Below are positions 63,999 to 64,000 of a stretch of DNA of 64,000 bases, one piece after another. Source of the stretch: Candidatus Aminicenantes bacterium (GTDB taxonomy: Bacteria > Acidobacteriota > Aminicenantia > Aminicenantales > Saccharicenantaceae); contig CAWEJF010000007.1 in assembly GCA_963809345.1 (NCBI GenBank), forward strand, positions 6,633 through 70,632, given 5' to 3'. The position numbers and the translations under genes are program-made. The notes beneath the pieces are model-generated. The model ran no database searches and was not told where the DNA came from. It saw only the letters and a list, made by a program, of their open reading frames with translations. The first letter of the stretch is position 1; every line of letters begins with the position of its first letter.

Positions 63999-64000
63999 AT

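Overview
GC-rich bacterial chromosomal segment with about 50 genes. Gene content (acidobacterial-type VWA protein, TPR/TolB and TPR/carboxypeptidase-regulatory proteins, many exported glycosidases and peptidases) suggests Acidobacteriota, possibly Aminicenantia; this is inference. It contains glycan and peptide degradation genes (DUF4838, a GH5-like/GH27 fusion, GH78, GH38 with an SSS transporter, M28, M14, S41), the ldtD/mepK cell-wall pair, a MEDS-PAS hybrid kinase, larA, fba, tRNA-Ala(GGC), ftsH-folP-cdaA-cdaR-pdxJ, and a tupABC-moeA-moaC-MOSC-moaA-mog operon preceded by a Moco/Tuco-type riboswitch. Best leads: (1) a candidate two-component regulon read directly from the sequence, in which an 11-bp-phased TTACA/TGACA repeat lies upstream of the kinase-regulator operon, an exported TPR/beta-propeller gene and a 68-aa membrane microprotein gene with a G-tract-rich leader; (2) an exported diheme cytochrome c fused to a sulfite-oxidase-like fold, close to the tungsten-cofactor operon; (3) unusual fusions (PTS EIIA with a C4 zinc ribbon; S41-TPR-MBL). 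Five genes carry single-base frameshifts that most likely reflect sequencing error. No CRISPR array, integrase or transposase was seen. Family assignments come from motif recognition, not database searches.
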